Positions 19,846 to 29,451 of a stretch of DNA of 64,000 bases are shown here, one piece after another. The position numbers and the translations under genes are program-made. Origin of the DNA: an uncultured Actinomycetes bacterium. GTDB lineage: Bacteria; Actinomycetota; Thermoleophilia; RBG-16-64-13. The first letter of the stretch is position 1, and each line of letters opens with the position of its first letter. Under the pieces are notes generated by a model. The model was not told where the DNA came from and made no database searches. It saw nothing but the letters and a program-made list of their open reading frames with translations. The stretch covers positions 1-64,000 of the forward strand of contig CAVPLM010000019.1 in assembly GCA_963706025.1 (NCBI GenBank), written 5' to 3'.

Positions 19846-22224
19846 ATGGTATCCCATATACGACATCTCCAATCCTCTGATCCGCTCTTGGCAGAGCTGA
19901 CCCGGCTGTATGGCGTCCAAACGTCCTACCGGGACTCCCGGGGCCGGTGGCGCGAGTCGCCCGTGGAGAGCATCGTGCAGGTGCTGCGAGCGCTTGGGGC
20001 GGAGCTCGGAGACGGGGACGCCGGCGACCCGCTTCGTGGTGTGACTCCATCCCGGATCACCACTGCGATTCGGGAGCGCAAGCGGCAGCTTTGGAGCCGG
20101 GTCCTGGAGCCGGTGATCGTGGCCTGGGAGGGGAAGCTGCCCCCTGTGCTGTTGCGCGTGCTCGCAGGTGGGCACACGCGGGAGTCTGTCGAGTCACTCC
20201 ACAGGGGGTTGTCCGTCACGCTGGTTCTGGAGGGAGAAGCGGAGGCGTGCCGAGTGGCGACGCCGGGTCCTCTGGAAGCTGCAGCACAGGAGACGATTGG
20301 TCGCTCTCGATTCGAGTCATACTTCCTGCCAAGCCTCGACGTACCGATGCGCAGATTACCGCTGGGTCGTCACAGGCTACGGGTCGAGACGGGCGGGTTG
20401 GAAGCCGAGTCCACGGTGATTTCGGCTCCGCGACGGTGCTGGTCATCCCGATTCCCGATCAGTCCAGATGGAGAGGACCATGGGTCGTTGAGGGTCGGAG
20501 GGACCGATGACAGGGCGCAGCGCGGTTCGGGGTCATCGGCATGGGCCCTATCGGACCTCATGGCCGGACGTGCCGGGAGAGCTTGGGGTGTTTTCGCTCC
20601 CCTTTATGCCCTGCGCAGTGCGCGAGATTGGGGTGCCGGGGATCTCGCTGAACTTGAGGCGCTTCTTGGATGGGTGGCGGACCAGGGTGGAGCTCTTGTA
20701 GCTACTCTCCCCCTACTTGCAAGCTATCTCGATCGCCCTTTCGAGCCCGCGCCCTACCGTCCGGTCAGCCGTCTGTTCTGGAACGAGCTCTACCTGGCTG
20801 TCGACCATATCCCCGAGTGGGAGCGCTGCATGCCGGCGCGGGACCTATGGGGCTCTGGCGGTGTGCAGGCCCGGTTACGCCGACTTCGCGCGGAGGCGAT
20901 GGTCGATTATCGGGAGGTTATGGCTCTTAAGCGGTCGGTACTGGAGGAGTTGGCTCGCTGCTTCTTCGAGAGCGGGGATTCGGGACGAGAGAAGGCTTTC
21001 GCGGCCTATATGTGTGCCCACCCTCATGCAGAAGAGTATGCAAGCTTCAGGGCTCGGACGGAGGCCGTCGGCAGGGATTGGAGAAACTGGCCGGTGCCGT
21101 GGACCCCCGGGCGGACGAAAGCATCCGTTGAGCGGTGCTCCGCAGCGCACTACCATCTCTATTGCCAGTGGCAGATGGAGCAACAATTGACCCGACTATC
21201 CGAGGACGCCGGCACGGATGCGCGGAGCGCACTCATGGCGGATAGTGGCCCCTGTGCGGGATCCAGCGACACTACGATCCTCGCCCAGCACCGCCGCGGG
21301 CTTTTTCTCGATCTGCCTGTGGGAGTGCATCCCGGCGGGTTCGACACCTGGAGGTGGCCAGAGCTCTTTGCCGCAGGGATGTCCACTGGGGCCCCGCCGG
21401 ATGACTTCTTTGTTTCTGGCCAGGATTGGACCGTATCCCCACTCCATCCTGGGCGGGTCCGCGAGCAGGGCCACTCGTACTTTGCCCATTGCCTCCAACA
21501 TCACATGCACCACTCCTGCTGGCTGCGGATCGACCACGTCATGGCGCTCCATCGGGTGTTCTGGGTGCCCGTAGGAGCACAACCGGCTCATGGAGTGTAT
21601 GTTGAGTACCCCGCAGATGAGTTGTACGCGGTCTTGTGCCTGGAGTCACAGCGGCACCGGACGACTGTCGTGGGCGAAGATCTGGGTACCGTTCCGCCTG
21701 GGGTTCGGTCGGCTATGAGGAAACACGGGCTGCTCCGTACGTGGGTGCTTCAGACCTCGCTGCGACCCCGGAGGGTTTCGCCTGTCGGACCGGCACCCCG
21801 GCGAGCCGTGGCCGCCCTCAACACCCACGACATGTTCCCACTGGCTGGGTTCTTGCGGGGAGACGACATTGCGGCTCGTGTGGAGACAGGACAGCTCGAC
21901 CAAAAGAGCGCGCGCCGGGAGCTGGCGGCGCGCCGCCGCATGGTGCGAAGACTGACTGCCTTCGCGTCTCCGACCGACCCTGGAGACGCGGGTCTCCTTC
22001 ATGCGGTCCTGGTCTGGCTTGCCGCCGGCAAGAATGAGCTCGTACTCGTGAATCTGGAGGACCTTCTTTTGGAGGCACGCCCTCAGAATCTGCCCGGTAC
22101 GGCGGGGCAGAGAGGGAATTGGCAAAGGAAGCTTGCCATGGGCCTGGAAGGGATCTTCGCCTCAGATGGGATCCTGGGGGCGGAATACCCGCGTCTCAAG
22201 AAGAATGGCCACACGGACGAATAA
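19846..22224 (+). CDS. malQ: 4-alpha-glucanotransferase (GH77)
   Basis: DLPVG, GAPPDDF..GQDW, LRIDHVM, VVGEDLG, NTHD, QNLPGT..NW. Confidence 0.92.
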   Translation: MVSHIRHLQSSDPLLAELTRLYGVQTSYRDSRGRWRESPVESIVQVLRALGAELGDGDAGDPLRGVTPSRITTAIRERKRQLWSRVLEPVIVAWEGKLPPVLLRVLAGGHTRESVESLHRGLSVTLVLEGEAEACRVATPGPLEAAAQETIGRSRFESYFLPSLDVPMRRLPLGRHRLRVETGGLEAESTVISAPRRCWSSRFPISPDGEDHGSLRVGGTDDRAQRGSGSSAWALSDLMAGRAGRAWGVFAPLYALRSARDWGAGDLAELEALLGWVADQGGALVATLPLLASYLDRPFEPAPYRPVSRLFWNELYLAVDHIPEWERCMPARDLWGSGGVQARLRRLRAEAMVDYREVMALKRSVLEELARCFFESGDSGREKAFAAYMCAHPHAEEYASFRARTEAVGRDWRNWPVPWTPGRTKASVERCSAAHYHLYCQWQMEQQLTRLSEDAGTDARSALMADSGPCAGSSDTTILAQHRRGLFLDLPVGVHPGGFDTWRWPELFAAGMSTGAPPDDFFVSGQDWTVSPLHPGRVREQGHSYFAHCLQHHMHHSCWLRIDHVMALHRVFWVPVGAQPAHGVYVEYPADELYAVLCLESQRHRTTVVGEDLGTVPPGVRSAMRKHGLLRTWVLQTSLRPRRVSPVGPAPRRAVAALNTHDMFPLAGFLRGDDIAARVETGQLDQKSARRELAARRRMVRRLTAFASPTDPGDAGLLHAVLVWLAAGKNELVLVNLEDLLLEARPQNLPGTAGQRGNWQRKLAMGLEGIFASDGILGAEYPRLKKNGHTDE

Positions 22225-22275
22225 AGGTATCATCTAGCGAATGATCCAGCGGGACAGAAGGAGCCAGATAGCGGG

Positions 22276-23871
22276 ATGGTCGATCCTCCCATAGACAGGA
22301 CCTTGCAGAGCGTCGAGATCGCGCGCGCCCTGCGCATCTTCAGGGACCGTAAGTGGGTGATCATCGGGTTTGGACTGCTCGGCCTTGCGGGCGCCCTTGC
22401 TCTTTCGCTGTTGACTACTCCCCAGTACGAGGCGACGGCGAAGGTGCTATGGCAGAACACTACGCTCGACCGAGCGCTGTTCGACGCTTCGATATTCCAG
22501 ATCAGCGATCAGGAGCGGGCTCTCGTCACTGGCGCAGATCTCGTTGAGCTAGACCAGGTGGCGGAAGAGGTCAAGAAGGAACTTGGGAGCTCTCGGTCGA
22601 TCGAGTCCTTGCAGGGCATGTTAGGTGTCAAGGTCAACTCCAACGCGAACATCATCGACATCGTTGCAAGGAGCCCTAATCCGGTCGAACCTGCGGATAT
22701 CGCGAATTCCTTCGCCCGTCAATTCATTCTCTACCGTCAGCAGGCCGATCGGGCTGTCTTGGCGAATGCCAGGGAGCAGGTGGAGGCCAAGCTTGAGGCC
22801 ATGACTGCGGCTGACGCCGCCTCTGCCAGGGGCCAGACTCTCAGCCAGAAGGTCGAAGAACTAGCCGTCCTCGAGTCCATGCAGACCGGTGGATATGAGT
22901 TGGTTGAAGCGGCGAAGGCTCCAACAGAGGCGTACAACATACATACCTACCGCAACGCAGCGATCGGGCTCGTCTTGGGGCTCATCCTTGGTGTGATCGT
23001 CGCCTCCATTCTACAGGTCTTCGACAAACGGATGAAAGACGAGGATGCATTCGAGACGGAATTCGGCGTCCCCGTCATCGCGAGGATCCCGTTGGTCGGC
23101 AGCAGGTGGGGTGCTAGTCGTGGAAGGCGCTCGCGAGCCGCGGTGGGGTTCCGAGATCGCGGGTTTCTTACCCTCGAAGCCTTTCGCACTCTGCGTTCGA
23201 ATCTCAAGTTCTTCGAGGTCGGCAAGGACCTGAAGACCATCCTGGTGACAAGTGCCCTGCCGCGGGAGGGGAAGTCGGTGACTTCGGTGAACCTTGCCCT
23301 GAGTCTGGCCATGTCTGGTTCCCGGGTGATATTGCTCGAGGCCGATCTCCGGAGGCCGATGCTCGACAAGTATCTGGGGTTGGACGGTAGCAAGGGTTTC
23401 ACCGATTTGTTGGCCGGCTCGCGTCCGATTGCCGAGGTCGTTCAGATCGTGGGGACGGACAGGTTCCTTCCGCAGCATGATGGCCGCATCGGCGCTGCGA
23501 AGGCGAATAGCGAACCCGCTTCGAAGAGAGATCTTCTCTTTGTGGCTGCGGGCCCTCTTCCTCCAAACCCCGCCGAACTGCTGGCAATGGATCGAACATC
23601 TGACGCGCTGAAGCAGCTCACCACGGTCTGCGACTACGTCATTATCGATGCGCCCCCCATCCTTCTTGTCTCCGACGCGCTGGAGATCGCCAAGAAGGTG
23701 GACGGTGTGATCCTGGTCGCTCGCATGCGAGTCACCCGTGTCGATGAGGCGCAAATGACGCGGCAGAGTCTGGAGAGGATCGGAGTGAAGCCGTTGGGTG
23801 TCATCGTAGCCGGCGTAGCGAGGGCAAAGGCATACTACCGTCGCTACGGGGGCTACTACGCCGAGGCCTAG
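22276..23871 (+). CDS. Polysaccharide co-polymerase/tyrosine autokinase (Wzc-like)
   Basis: Two TMs, EAFRTLRSNL, Walker A SALPREGKS, ADLRRP, IIDAPP, Tyr-rich tail AYYRRYGGYY. Confidence 0.92.
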   Translation: MVDPPIDRTLQSVEIARALRIFRDRKWVIIGFGLLGLAGALALSLLTTPQYEATAKVLWQNTTLDRALFDASIFQISDQERALVTGADLVELDQVAEEVKKELGSSRSIESLQGMLGVKVNSNANIIDIVARSPNPVEPADIANSFARQFILYRQQADRAVLANAREQVEAKLEAMTAADAASARGQTLSQKVEELAVLESMQTGGYELVEAAKAPTEAYNIHTYRNAAIGLVLGLILGVIVASILQVFDKRMKDEDAFETEFGVPVIARIPLVGSRWGASRGRRSRAAVGFRDRGFLTLEAFRTLRSNLKFFEVGKDLKTILVTSALPREGKSVTSVNLALSLAMSGSRVILLEADLRRPMLDKYLGLDGSKGFTDLLAGSRPIAEVVQIVGTDRFLPQHDGRIGAAKANSEPASKRDLLFVAAGPLPPNPAELLAMDRTSDALKQLTTVCDYVIIDAPPILLVSDALEIAKKVDGVILVARMRVTRVDEAQMTRQSLERIGVKPLGVIVAGVARAKAYYRRYGGYYAEA

Positions 23872-23898
23872 GCCGCCTGGTCTGCAGGGGAGAGATGC

Positions 23899-25116
23899 AT
23901 GCGCAGGCTGAGTTTCTACCTGTTTCTGGTCTTCGTCTTCACCATACCCTGGCAAAGTGCACTGGCTATTGGTGGAAGCAAGACCCTAAGCAGTCTGCTC
24001 GGGATCGTCGCTCTCCTGGTTGCCGTTATGGCCCTGTTTCTCGAGGGCAGGGTGGCCAAGCCCCCAGCATTCATCCTCGCGTTCGGTGCCCTTATCTTCT
24101 GGCAGCTGATCACCTACTTCTGGAGCCTGGAGCCAATGTCGACGCTCACGAGGGCTATGACGATGGTGCAGTTGTTGGCCATGGCATGGCTTGCCACCGA
24201 ACTCTCCCGCAGCGAGCGAGAGAGGCTCCAGATAATCGAGGCTTTCGTCCTGGGCTGTGTCGTTGTGTGCCTCGTCCTGGCTCAGGCCTACTTCTCAGGT
24301 CAACCCATGGTGGGATATCGGTACGCGCCCGCCGGTTTCAACCCGAACGAGGCAGCGGATATCATTGCTGCAGGGATACCTTTGGCGTTGCTTGTCGCAA
24401 CGTCTTACAAGCGGGGTTTTCTCAAGTGGCTCAACATTGCCTATGTTCCGCTGGGGGTCTTCGCCGTGATTCTCACAGCCTCGAGGAGCGGATTCATCGC
24501 CACGTGCCTGGGGCTCGCAAGCGTGTTCTTCGCGCTGCGCTATGCCAGAACCTTGTATCGTGTGGTCTGGTCAGCACTCATCGTCGCCGTGTTTGCAGGC
24601 TTGTTCTTCGCTGTGCCGGTGAGCAACAACCTCGAGACTAATCTCCAGCGGATCACTTTCTCGGCCGACGAGGACTCTGTCGGCACGCTAGCAGGACGCA
24701 CGGAGATCTGGTCCGCAGGCTTGGCGGCCTTCGCTGACCGTCCGATAGCCGGCACGGGCCTCTACACTTTCAGGGCGGCCACCGAGAGCAGCCTAGGGGA
24801 AGAACGCGCGCCTCACAACATCTGGCTTGAAACGGCAGTCGAAACCGGCATCATCGGCTTGGTCTTGTTGGCGACTGCATGGGTGACGGCGATCATCCCG
24901 GTGTTGAAGCACCGGGATTTCCGCATGGGGTTCCATCTGACCTTCTTTCTTGTGCTCTTGACGACCTCGCTTGTTGCGAATCTGATAACCAGCAAAGGTC
25001 TCTGGATAGGACTGGCCATCCTTTCAGTGACCTCAGCGGTCCGGGGTGCCCGGTTGGCCCCTGAGGCGTCTCGTCGAGAGCTGGAGACGCGCGTCTCCAT
25101 CATGGAGGAAAGCTAG
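23899..25116 (+). CDS. O-antigen ligase/Wzy polymerase family protein
   Basis: About 10-11 TMs, NPNE, TASRSG, GRTEIW, PHNIWLE...ETGIIG. Confidence 0.85.
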   Translation: MRRLSFYLFLVFVFTIPWQSALAIGGSKTLSSLLGIVALLVAVMALFLEGRVAKPPAFILAFGALIFWQLITYFWSLEPMSTLTRAMTMVQLLAMAWLATELSRSERERLQIIEAFVLGCVVVCLVLAQAYFSGQPMVGYRYAPAGFNPNEAADIIAAGIPLALLVATSYKRGFLKWLNIAYVPLGVFAVILTASRSGFIATCLGLASVFFALRYARTLYRVVWSALIVAVFAGLFFAVPVSNNLETNLQRITFSADEDSVGTLAGRTEIWSAGLAAFADRPIAGTGLYTFRAATESSLGEERAPHNIWLETAVETGIIGLVLLATAWVTAIIPVLKHRDFRMGFHLTFFLVLLTTSLVANLITSKGLWIGLAILSVTSAVRGARLAPEASRRELETRVSIMEES

Positions 25117-25203
25117 TCAGCTTTGGCGCGAGGAAGGCAACGCGCTATTGATTGCCGTGCCCATCTCGTGGACGGCGGAGATGGCAGTACACGTGGGCTC
25201 CAC

Positions 25204-26793
25204 TCATAGCAGAGTCACGTTCACTACCGTAACACCCGGAACAGTGCCGATCTGCGGTCCATCATAGGTACCGTTATTGATCGCGCAGTTGGCTGGGTAG
25301 CTAGCTGGAGCCGTTGCGCACCCTATGAGAGAAGAACCGCCCTCGGCTGCAATGTCATCGATGACGACGTTTCTCGGATCATGGAAGTTTATGCACGGGC
25401 CTGAAGCGTCAGTTTGCTTGATTGTCAAGGTGTTGAAGGTGACAGTCGTGAACCGTCCACCTATGACTACGCCGTACCGACCGTTGGTGGCGTCGGCCAC
25501 CGTATTGGTGAACGCGATGTCGTGCGATTCTCCACTGGAGGCGTAGAGGTGCAGACAGTAGCCCCCTCCCCCTGTGAGCAAGAGGTTGGTGAAGGTCAGC
25601 CGGAAGCAATCGCGCTCAATGTAGAGGGCGTGCTGCTGATTGTTGTACTTCACCGCCTCAAGATCCAGATTGACAAAAGTCGAGTCCTGGATTTTCGCCA
25701 TGAAGAGAGGCTGCAGGCAATCACGGGCCACGATGTCCGTGACGACCCAGCCAACGGCCCCGGCGCCAGAGCCGAGCTTCAGACCGTAGTGAAGTCCCTC
25801 AAAGCGCAGATCATGAGCGGAGCAATTCTGCGCTCCCACCATCAAGAGGCCACTGACGTTACTCGCATAGCTTGACGCTTTGAAGGTGATTCCGGCGATG
25901 TTCACATCGGACAGACGTTCGCCCTGGAGGATGAACGCGCTCTCCGAGGATCGCGCGGGCATGGTGAGGATTGTCTGTCCCGGGGTCCCCTGGAGGGTAA
26001 GATTGGATCTCAGATCCACAGTAGAGGTGACGGAGTAGGTCCCCGCTGGGAGAGTGACTGTACCTCCGGTGGGGCGGGCGTCGACGGCCCTCTGGATCGC
26101 CTGAGTGTCGTCGCTTATCCCATCTCCCTTGGCTCCGTAGTTGGAAACGCTGAGAGGAGGCAGGTAGGCCGTCTTCACAAGAAGGTTGTGCAGGACCTGC
26201 GCTACCTCGCCCCGTGTGGTCGCCTTCCTGGTGTCCCAACTCGCCAGATTGCTGATGCCGGCCAGAAGGCCGCTGTACTCAGCCCACCTGATGTTCTTGC
26301 CGTGCGTGGGGTCAGAGCTGTCCAGCACTCCTTGCCAATCATCGGGCGGCCCCTGAAGCAACGACCCCGTCGCGCGGGCGACTATCGTGATCAACTGCAT
26401 TCGGGTGGTCTGGTCGAGAGGACCGAATGAACCATCGGCGCGACCTCGCATCAGACCGTTGTTCGCCGCCGCCGCTACGTAGTGGTAAGGGTAGAGGCTT
26501 GGAGCGCTATGCGGGACGTCCATGAACGCGTGTGAATCTAGTTCGGTAACGGTGAATCCCATGGCCAGGACGATCATTTTGGCGAGTTGCTGACGTATGA
26601 CCGGATTGGACGGCCCAAAGTCGCCGTTGCCGTATCCCCCGATGATGCCCAGGTCCGCAATGTCCTGGATGGCGGTGTAGTAGGGGTGATCGGTGGGGAC
26701 GTCGCGAAACGACTGGGCCGTTGCCGGGCTGGCGACCGTCAGCGACAGAATCGCAGCCGCCAAGACTCCTGTTATCCAGAGTGCGATTCTCAT
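25204..26793 (-). CDS. SLH-domain protein with C-terminal right-handed beta-helix (pectate lyase 3-like) domain
   Basis: Signal peptide, SLH repeats (FRDVPTDHPYY, GYGNGDFGP, TTRGEVA), then YGAKGDGISDDTQAIQRA...PAGTY. Confidence 0.82.
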   Translation of the reverse strand: MRIALWITGVLAAAILSLTVASPATAQSFRDVPTDHPYYTAIQDIADLGIIGGYGNGDFGPSNPVIRQQLAKMIVLAMGFTVTELDSHAFMDVPHSAPSLYPYHYVAAAANNGLMRGRADGSFGPLDQTTRMQLITIVARATGSLLQGPPDDWQGVLDSSDPTHGKNIRWAEYSGLLAGISNLASWDTRKATTRGEVAQVLHNLLVKTAYLPPLSVSNYGAKGDGISDDTQAIQRAVDARPTGGTVTLPAGTYSVTSTVDLRSNLTLQGTPGQTILTMPARSSESAFILQGERLSDVNIAGITFKASSYASNVSGLLMVGAQNCSAHDLRFEGLHYGLKLGSGAGAVGWVVTDIVARDCLQPLFMAKIQDSTFVNLDLEAVKYNNQQHALYIERDCFRLTFTNLLLTGGGGYCLHLYASSGESHDIAFTNTVADATNGRYGVVIGGRFTTVTFNTLTIKQTDASGPCINFHDPRNVVIDDIAAEGGSSLIGCATAPASYPANCAINNGTYDGPQIGTVPGVTVVNVTLL

Positions 26794-26852
26794 GAGCGAG
26801 TCACTTCCTTTCGGGTCCACAGAGCCGCGGCGCCGTGCGTGTGTTCCTGAAT

Positions 26853-27932
26853 TCATTGTACCGGGAAGGGTGAGGCTGCCTGCATCATCTTGACCCGGGC
26901 GATTTCGCTCTTAGTAAGCCCGATTCGTTCATGAAGAACTCCCTCAACCCGTTCCCAACGAATCCTGCTGAGTGCCTCCTCTTCCTGCTGCAGCGCCTCT
27001 TGGCGGGTCATCTGACCCGCATTGATCATGTTGCAGTAGCCCCAGCAGTCCTTCGTACAACCCACAGTCTTCAAGAAGAAGAAGTTCACGACTTCATGCA
27101 GGACGCAGTCTGTCCTCCATGTGGAGATGTGATCAGCGGGCTTGACCCAGCCCAGCTCCCGCGTGATGGTCTCTTTGATCTTCCGCCGCTCCCACGCGAT
27201 GTAGTCGAATACCTTGATTTCTTGGATGGCAGGATCGTCCAGCTTCGGACGATCGCGCGCGAAAGGCGCATTGCCCTTCACCGGGAACTCCAGCCGCTGC
27301 TTGAGGCTGAAGTACTCAGTTCTGTAGAAGTTGATGTCACGTAGCCTGTTCCACTTGGATCGGAGCATTCCCGGCAATGCCCTCTCCTCGATGCGCTCAG
27401 TGGATTCCGCCGAGGATGTTCCCCAAAGAATCAGCGGCACGTCGTGTTTCTCGGCCGCTCTATAGGCCGCGGAAACGTAGCCGTACGAGCATTGGCGGCA
27501 GAGGGACAGCATCATATTCGCCAGACCGAGCGGCACCGCTGCACGGGTATTGGCCCGCACGATCTTGGTAGCCACGTCCTGTTTCGATCGCACCACCGAC
27601 AGGTCCACACCCAGCGCGCGGCACGTGTTCTCGATGTTTCTCACTGCCTGCGGATTGCGAAATTCATTGTCGAAGTTCACGGCCAGCGGCCTGAGTCCGT
27701 ACACCTTCTTCGCCAGATACAGCACATAGCTGCTGTCGCGGCCTCCACTCAGTGGGACGATACTGTCGTAGCCGGTCGGCCCCGGCCTCCGCTGAGCCAG
27801 CAGTTCCTTGAGCGCCGTCTCACCTGACAGTGTCTCTGGAACATAGCTCCGGCACAAAGAACACACGCCATTTTCATCGAAAGATATTCCTGGAACCGAG
27901 GCAGGCATTATGCAGGCAGTGCATCGATTCAT
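26853..27932 (-). CDS. N-acetyl sugar amidotransferase-like protein (WbuX/WbpG-like PP-loop ATPase)
   Basis: CTACIMP...FDENGVCSLC, YDSIVPLSGGRDS, ELGW, GQMTRQEAL. Confidence 0.8.
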   Translation of the reverse strand: MNRCTACIMPASVPGISFDENGVCSLCRSYVPETLSGETALKELLAQRRPGPTGYDSIVPLSGGRDSSYVLYLAKKVYGLRPLAVNFDNEFRNPQAVRNIENTCRALGVDLSVVRSKQDVATKIVRANTRAAVPLGLANMMLSLCRQCSYGYVSAAYRAAEKHDVPLILWGTSSAESTERIEERALPGMLRSKWNRLRDINFYRTEYFSLKQRLEFPVKGNAPFARDRPKLDDPAIQEIKVFDYIAWERRKIKETITRELGWVKPADHISTWRTDCVLHEVVNFFFLKTVGCTKDCWGYCNMINAGQMTRQEALQQEEEALSRIRWERVEGVLHERIGLTKSEIARVKMMQAASPFPVQ

Positions 27933-28014
27933 GAAGCCTCCGCAGTGAGCCTTCTATTCACGATCTGCGCAGCCATGAAACGGCAAGATCCGTGTAACCA
28001 ACATCTCAACATCT

Positions 28015-29199
28015 CTATTCTCCAAGCTTGGCTGCCGCCAAACCGCCTGCGCCGAAACCAGAGGGGAGAGCCCGAAGCTTCCCAGGCAGATATCCGACGG
28101 ACTGCGAGGTCGTTGTCGACGAAGTGCCGCCCGGGGTTGCCAACACTACGTTATCGAATGCGACTCCTGTACCCAGCTCCTCGCCCTCATATACGCCGTT
28201 GCGGAACACCACGTCAACGGGTTGCACGTATCCCCAGCCCACGAGCGCGTCGCCTCCCGAGGCTCTGAAGCGGTCGAACGTGATGCTGGCTCCGCCATAG
28301 AACTGGATGACCACGCCTCGCGAATCGGCTAGAAACGCGCCATCCTCAAACACGATATCGGACCACCCGCTCCCAATGACCAGAGGCGATCCGCCGGTCC
28401 TGGCGTCGAGACTCACATTGGTGAACGTAAGGTCGCTCGAGGAACCACCCTCGACCCAGAGATGCAGCGTGTAGCCGGACCCACCGGAGAGGCTGCAGTC
28501 GGAAAAGCTGAGTCCGCGGCATTCCCGCTCAAGGTAGACAGTATGATGCTGGTTGTCTGGAAGTCTGACTGCCTGGAGGTCAAGACGCGCGAATGTCGAG
28601 TCGTGCACATGGGAAATGTAGAGGACCGTTTGGCAGTTGCGGGCCACGACATCGCTGACCGTCCAATGGTCGCCGACCTGCCCTGAGCCCAGCTTCATGC
28701 CATAGGACAGATTGTCGAAGCGCAAGAAGCTCGCTTTGCAGTCGCGCGCTCCGACCATATAGACGCCGCTGACGTCACTGCCGTGGTCATCCGAGCGAAA
28801 ACTGAGCCCGGAGAGGGTGACTTTTTGGAGATTGGTTCCCTGCATGATGAAGGTCTGCGAGGACTGCGCCGGCATGGCGAGGACGGTTTGCCCCCGTATT
28901 CCCTCGATGGTGATACCGCTCTCAAGCTCCAGGGTTGACCCGACCAGGAACACGCCCGCCGGGATCATCACGTTGCCGTGGTCGTCAGAAGCCGCGTCGA
29001 TCGCCGCCTGGATAGCCCCGGCATCGTCGGTAACCCCGTCAGCCCGGGCCCCATAGTCCAGGACGTTGAAGGTATGGCTGCCGGTCGAGACGGAGACGGA
29101 CACGCCAATGGCGACGCAAACAGCAACAACGACCGCTGCTGCCGCCAGCAGCCACGGGCGAGCATGGCCCGCCGAGCGCCAACGAACGGGGAGCGACAC
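28015..29199 (-). CDS. N-terminally anchored beta-helix (pectate lyase 3-like) protein
   Basis: N-terminal hydrophobic segment, FNVLDYGARADGVTDDAGAIQAAIDA. Paralogous to its neighbours. Confidence 0.8.
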   Translation of the reverse strand: MSLPVRWRSAGHARPWLLAAAAVVVAVCVAIGVSVSVSTGSHTFNVLDYGARADGVTDDAGAIQAAIDAASDDHGNVMIPAGVFLVGSTLELESGITIEGIRGQTVLAMPAQSSQTFIMQGTNLQKVTLSGLSFRSDDHGSDVSGVYMVGARDCKASFLRFDNLSYGMKLGSGQVGDHWTVSDVVARNCQTVLYISHVHDSTFARLDLQAVRLPDNQHHTVYLERECRGLSFSDCSLSGGSGYTLHLWVEGGSSSDLTFTNVSLDARTGGSPLVIGSGWSDIVFEDGAFLADSRGVVIQFYGGASITFDRFRASGGDALVGWGYVQPVDVVFRNGVYEGEELGTGVAFDNVVLATPGGTSSTTTSQSVGYLPGKLRALPSGFGAGGLAAAKLGE

Positions 29200-29228
29200 G
29201 TGTTACTCCGTTCTGTAGAGGGGTGTGG

Positions 29229-29257
29229 ATTCTATACCGGGCGGACCGGCTAGACAA
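29229..29257 (-). promoter_or_regulatory. Putative sigma70-type promoter of the 28015..29199 gene
   Basis: Minus strand TTGTCT-N17-TAGAAT, about 30 nt upstream of the start. Confidence 0.55.
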
Positions 29258-29451
29258 ATGCCGTGGCATTCTCGCAGCATACAAGCAGGCCGGCGTCTCA
29301 CGGCGCCGGCCTGTCCGCCCAGCATATTCCTGGCTCTTCGGCTCGCTATTCCAGGAGGGTAAGAGTGCCGAGGACCTCGGTCAGTTCGCGGTCTGCCATT
29401 GGCCCAGCCTAAGTGATATCCCCCAGGTTGACATGCGACCTCGGTTGACTC

